NCBI GenBank assembly: GCA_046314755.1
Contig: JBKDBG010000054.1
Span: 115-64,114 of the forward strand
Direction of reading: 5' to 3'
DNA length: 64,000 bases
From: Bacteroidota bacterium
GTDB taxonomy: Bacteria; Bacteroidota; Bacteroidia; UKL13-3
This document shows positions 59,576 through 64,000 of this stretch, one piece after another. The notes under the pieces are model-generated. The model was not told the origin of the DNA, searched no databases, and saw only the letters and a program-made list of their open reading frames with translations. The stretch's first letter is position 1. Every line of letters starts with the position of its first letter. Both the position numbers and the translations under genes were made by a program.

Positions 59576-60294
59576 AAATTTCGCCCCGCTTCGCGGGAGA
59601 ATGTATTAAGGTAATAAATAATTTTAAAAGGGTACTTTATTTGCCTGAGATACTTAAGCCAAGTCCAAACATCAAGTTTAATATTTAGTATAAAATACAA
59701 ATTTATGTGTTTCAGGGTAGGGCCAAATCAACATAACACAATAATTTTAAAGTAAATATCCCTTATTAGGAAACATAAGTTTTTTACTAACCACCCCAAA
59801 GTGGTATATCATTTTAATTATTTTACGGATGCAAACGGAGGGCGCGATTTTTATTACTAAACTCAAATAAAAGATTAACCGCCTATTGCAGATATTATCA
59901 CCGTAAATAACACATAAAAATCCCCCAATTAATGCAACACAGGTTGACATAGGAACATACTGATTTTGTAGAGCACAATATCAACCTATAAACACCTCAA
60001 AACTACAATTATAAAATTAGATAATTAATGAAGGAAGCGACACGTTAAACCGAAATGTTTTGCTTGATTAAACATAATTTTTCAGCAAAAAAGTAACCAA
60101 ACCTGTTCCTAAAATTCTATGCATAATTTTTTTCACCTATGAAGAATTTTCACGAGTCGAATTTGAAGATACCTAAGTCAAATCAGAACATGTAGCCTGC
60201 ATTATATTTAACCCCATTCATCAAACCAAATTAAGCATCAAAATGGCAACAAGGCCGTAATATTTTAAATTGAAGAAGAAAATTATTTAAAACA

Positions 60295-61179
60295 TTACCC
60301 CACCTTTACCGAGGTCATATAGAGTGAGCCACCAACAGCCTTATCATTAAAAATGGAAACCGTTTCGTTTTTATTTTTTAATCCTAACACATACAAAAGA
60401 GGCAAATAATGTTCGGGCGTTGGAATTGATAAAGCGAAGGCCTTGCCGTTTTTACTATAGTTAATCAATGCATCATGTTGGTTGTTTAAAATAAAAGATT
60501 TCATTTTGGTATTAGCCTCTATAGCCCAGTCGTAACCGTAATTATCGGTATTAAGTTTATCCCATGCCACCATTCCCAGGTTGTGCACCATATTGCCACT
60601 TCCCACAATCAAAACGCCTTTGTTTCTTAAAGCCTGAAGTTGTTGCGCAAGCTCATAATGATATTGAGGTGTTTGTCGGTAATCCAAACTTAATTGAATC
60701 ACGGGAACATCTGCATTTGGATAAAGGTGTTTGATTACACTCCAAGCACCATGATCAAGACCCCAAGATTCATCTAATTCAACATGATTTTTTTTGACCA
60801 TGGCTTGAATGTTTTTGGCCAATTCCGGATTTCCGGGAGCGGGGTATTGTACATCAAACAATGCTTGTGGAAAGCCCCAAAAATCATGTATGGTTCTTGG
60901 AGAGGGCATAGCGGTTATATACGTTCCTTTGGTTTCCCAGTGTGCCGAAATGCACACAATGGCCGTTGGTTTGGTTATACCCTTTCCTACATTTCTAAAA
61001 CCCGCAACAAATTCATTTTCTTCAATGGCATTCATGGGGCTGCCATGGCCTAAAAACAAAACCGGCATGGTATCCGTATTTGCTGCCGATTCAGCCAAAC
61101 TGTTTAATACATTCAACTTCATAACACTACCTGCTAAGGGGAAAAAGGAAAGATACTTTATAAATTCTTTTCTATTCAT
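60295..61179 (-). CDS. Class III extradiol ring-cleavage dioxygenase (4,5-DOPA dioxygenase/YgiD-like) with an N-terminal signal-like extension
   Basis: LFLGHGSPMNA motif and LigB-family histidines (SAHW, VGSGNMVHN). A 37-aa N-terminal segment (MNRKEFIKYLSFFPLAGS...) precedes the catalytic domain. Confidence 0.8.
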   Translation of the reverse strand: MNRKEFIKYLSFFPLAGSVMKLNVLNSLAESAANTDTMPVLFLGHGSPMNAIEENEFVAGFRNVGKGITKPTAIVCISAHWETKGTYITAMPSPRTIHDFWGFPQALFDVQYPAPGNPELAKNIQAMVKKNHVELDESWGLDHGAWSVIKHLYPNADVPVIQLSLDYRQTPQYHYELAQQLQALRNKGVLIVGSGNMVHNLGMVAWDKLNTDNYGYDWAIEANTKMKSFILNNQHDALINYSKNGKAFALSIPTPEHYLPLLYVLGLKNKNETVSIFNDKAVGGSLYMTSVKVG

Positions 61180-61272
61180 ATGGATTGGTTGTCACACTCA
61201 AAGATAGTTTTTTGATGAATCAATAGGCAAATGAATACACAAAACAATAATTATACTTTAAATTTGAATAGA

Positions 61273-61839
61273 ATGATTGTACACATTAAAAATATGGTTT
61301 GCCAACGTTGTGTAATGGCTGTAAAAACGGTTTTTGAAAACAACCATATTCCGATACTTCATGTTACCTTGGGAGAGGTTGAGTTACCGGCCGCCTCACT
61401 AGCGGATGCTCAACTAAAAAAAATTGATGCCGATTTATTAGCCTTGGGTTTTGAAAGAATTGATGATAAAAAAGCAAGAATTATTGAGCAAATCAAATCA
61501 TTAGTAATACAAGAAATACACCACAAACCAAAGGTTGATTTAAAGGTAAACTGGTCGTATTTGCTTGCTGATGCCTTGCACTATGATTACCATTATTTAA
61601 GCGGATTGTTTTCGTCTGTTGAGGGAATCACTATTGAGCAATACATCATCAGGCAAAAGGTTGAAAAAGCGAAAGAGAGTTTGGTGTATGATGAAATGAA
61701 TTTAAGTGAAATAGCCGAAAAACTTGGTTACAGCAGTGTAGCGCATTTATCTAATCAGTTTAAAAAGGTAACCGGATTAACCCCTTCGGCATTCAAAAAA
61801 AATCACAAAGGCATTCGAAAGTCAATTGACCGGGTGTAG
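61273..61839 (+). CDS. AraC-family transcriptional regulator with an N-terminal HMA-like (CxxC) domain
   Basis: MIVHIKNMVCQRCVMAVK resembles a ferredoxin-fold metal-binding domain. The C-terminal AraC HTH reads LSEIAEKLGYSSVAHLSNQFKKVTGLTPSAF. The ORF opens at 61231. Confidence 0.8.
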   Translation: MIVHIKNMVCQRCVMAVKTVFENNHIPILHVTLGEVELPAASLADAQLKKIDADLLALGFERIDDKKARIIEQIKSLVIQEIHHKPKVDLKVNWSYLLADALHYDYHYLSGLFSSVEGITIEQYIIRQKVEKAKESLVYDEMNLSEIAEKLGYSSVAHLSNQFKKVTGLTPSAFKKNHKGIRKSIDRV

Positions 61840-62002
61840 TCAAAATCATATAAATCAATTCAAAAATCTTGTAACAAGCAATTCAGGTTATTCCATCAAC
61901 TTTGTAACCGAAAGAAAATAAAAAAAGGAGGAATCCCCGGGTTAGGTTCTGTGTATTGATGAACAAAAGAATTGAAGGGTTTCATCTGATTGATGAGAGG
62001 TT

Positions 62003-64000
62003 ATGAAAACACAAACTAAAAAAATTACTTTTCCTGTTTTAGGCATGACTTGTGCCGGATGTGCCTCAAGCGTTGAAAGCATGTTAAAACGCACAGATGG
62101 TGTTGCCGATGCTGCCGTAAACTATGCCAATCAAACCGCATGGGCTGAGGTTCCTGAAAATTTTGATGTGAAGCTACTTCAACAAGCTGTGCAAGCTATT
62201 GGATATGATTTGGTGATTGATGTAGAAGATCCAAAATTGATACAAGAAGAAATCCGGCTCAAACAATATAAAGAACTCAAACATCGCACCATTTGGGCCA
62301 CTATTTTATCATTACCGGTTGTTGTAATCGGTATGTTTTTTATGGATATGCCTTATGGCAATTGGATATCTATGGCATTAAGCGCTCCTGTGGTGTTTTG
62401 GTTGGGTCGAAGTTTTTTTGTGAATGCATGGAAGCAAGCCAAACATCAAAAAGCCAATATGGATACACTGGTTGCTTTAAGCACAGGTATTGCTTTTTTG
62501 TTTAGTTTGTTTAACACCATTTATCCGCAGTTTTGGCACAAACAAGGTTTGCATGCACATGTATACTACGAAGCTGCAGCCGTGGTCATTTCCTTTATTT
62601 CTTTAGGTAAATTATTGGAAGAACGAGCCAAATCAAACACAACAACAGCCATTAAAAAACTAATGGGTCTTCAACCCAAAACGGTTGTTGCATTAATAGA
62701 TGGTTGGGAAAAAGAAATTCCGATTGCACTAGTTCAAGAGGGTTACACATTATTGGTTAAGCCGGGCGATAAAATACCTGTGGATGGAAAAGTTGTTTCC
62801 GGAGAATCATTTGTTGATGAAAGCATGATAACAGGAGAGCCGGTTGCGCTGGAGAAAAAGGCAGGAGAGCAAGTTTTTGCAGGAACCATTAATCAAAAGG
62901 GTAGTTTTTTATTTACTGCTGAAAAGGTTGGGGATGATACCCTATTGGCACAAATCATTAAAATGGTTCAACAAGCCCAGGGTTCGAAGGCTCCGGTTCA
63001 AAAATTGGCCGATAAAATAGCCGGTATTTTTGTTCCTGTGGTTGTAGGAATTGCTATCTTAACTTTTATGGTTTGGATGTTGTTGGGCGGAGAAAATGCG
63101 TTTACACACGCCTTGTTAACTGCAATAACCGTTTTGGTTATTGCTTGTCCGTGTGCATTGGGTTTGGCCACACCAACGGCCATTATGGTGGGAGTGGGTA
63201 AAGGTGCGGAAAACAACATGTTGATTAAAGATGCCGAAAGTTTGGAGTTGGCACATCGTGTAGATGCTGTGATACTAGACAAAACAGGAACCATTACAGA
63301 GGGCAAACCGGTTGTGGTGAATACATTAGAAAGTAATGAATTAACCGTGGTTGATAAGCAAGTATTGTTCAACATTGAATCTCAATCGGAACACCCATTA
63401 GCAGATGCCGTGGCCAATTATTTAAAAGTAGAAACAGTTGAGCGAATCTTTTTGAATCACTTTGAAAGCATTACCGGAAAAGGTGTAGAGGCTAATTATC
63501 TAAACACAACATATCTGATAGGGAATAAACAATTAATGTTGGATAAAGGCATCAACATTACTCTGCAGCAAATGCAATATGCGGATGCTTGTCAAGCTCA
63601 GGCACAAACAGTGGTGTATTTTGCAGCACGCAACCAAGTGTTGTGTTTAATGGCTATTGCCGATAAAATCAAAGCCACTTCTGCAACCGCTATTCAGCAA
63701 TTGAAAAACGGAGGTGTTGAAGTGTATATGCTAACGGGAGATAATCAACAAACAGCAACAGCGGTTGCAAAGCAAGTGGGCATCAAACAATTTAGGGCCG
63801 AATTTTTACCCGCTGATAAGGCAAATTTTATTAAACAATTACAAGCAGAAGGAAGGGTGGTTGCTATGGTGGGCGATGGTATAAACGACAGCCAGGCTCT
63901 TGCCCAAGCAGATGTGAGTATTGCCATGGGAAAAGGCTCAGACATTGCGATGGACGTTGCTAAAATCACCCTGATTACATCCGACTTACGATCAGTTCCG
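62003..64000 (+). CDS. copA: Copper/heavy-metal-translocating P1B-type ATPase; 3' end lies outside the window
   Basis: Not in the ORF track because no stop is reached. Frame 2 is open from the ATG at 62003 to the window end. Motifs: GMTCAGCASSVE (HMA), TGEP, CPC (IACPCALGLATP), DKTGTIT and GDGINDS. Confidence 0.95.
   Translation, partial: MKTQTKKITFPVLGMTCAGCASSVESMLKRTDGVADAAVNYANQTAWAEVPENFDVKLLQQAVQAIGYDLVIDVEDPKLIQEEIRLKQYKELKHRTIWATILSLPVVVIGMFFMDMPYGNWISMALSAPVVFWLGRSFFVNAWKQAKHQKANMDTLVALSTGIAFLFSLFNTIYPQFWHKQGLHAHVYYEAAAVVISFISLGKLLEERAKSNTTTAIKKLMGLQPKTVVALIDGWEKEIPIALVQEGYTLLVKPGDKIPVDGKVVSGESFVDESMITGEPVALEKKAGEQVFAGTINQKGSFLFTAEKVGDDTLLAQIIKMVQQAQGSKAPVQKLADKIAGIFVPVVVGIAILTFMVWMLLGGENAFTHALLTAITVLVIACPCALGLATPTAIMVGVGKGAENNMLIKDAESLELAHRVDAVILDKTGTITEGKPVVVNTLESNELTVVDKQVLFNIESQSEHPLADAVANYLKVETVERIFLNHFESITGKGVEANYLNTTYLIGNKQLMLDKGINITLQQMQYADACQAQAQTVVYFAARNQVLCLMAIADKIKATSATAIQQLKNGGVEVYMLTGDNQQTATAVAKQVGIKQFRAEFLPADKANFIKQLQAEGRVVAMVGDGINDSQALAQADVSIAMGKGSDIAMDVAKITLITSDLRSVP

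Noticed and set aside
62293-62505. A 70-aa plus-strand ORF listed in the track.
   Set aside because: It is out of frame inside the copA coding region. copA is missing from the track only because it has no stop within the window.

Overview
This 64-kb chromosomal segment looks like Bacteroidota. It has T9SS type A and type B C-terminal sorting domains, TTTG-N19-TAnnTTTG promoters, many lipoprotein signals and roughly 40% GC by eye. All product names come from motif recognition by reading; no searches were run. I support about 60 protein genes and one tRNA. Most genes are housekeeping: glyA, tsaB, purine nucleoside phosphorylase, rbfA, rpsT, an IscA-type protein, gatA, tatA, an RluB-type pseudouridine synthase, two M16 peptidases, ybeY, mnmG and pheS. 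Four accessory blocks are interleaved with them. (1) A tight porin / PBP-like / histidine kinase / response regulator operon, with a convergent TPR histidine kinase. (2) A czcA / TolC-like / adaptor heavy-metal efflux operon preceded by a small unknown ORF. (3) An 11-kb block holding selU-selD, a propeller-type histidine kinase with a LuxR regulator, and four secreted or outer-membrane proteins; it sits between the two halves of an Fe-S/CCG oxidoreductase pair. (4) A copper module with an AraC regulator carrying an HMA-like domain and copA, which runs off the 3' end. I saw no rRNA, CRISPR, transposase, integrase, phage or recognisable defence genes. The most unusual structure is the tRNA-Phe(GAA) locus at 24.28-24.74 kb. 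The intact gene is flanked by one extra copy of its 5' half and three extra ~90-bp copies of its 3' half plus terminator. Both duplication breakpoints fall at the anticodon loop, and each pseudo-half carries the same small palindrome in place of its D-loop or T-loop. I do not see a clear-cut novel multi-gene system. The best candidates are this tRNA-half array, the 11-kb block and the porin/PBP/kinase operon, and all are hypotheses that need database and expression checks.
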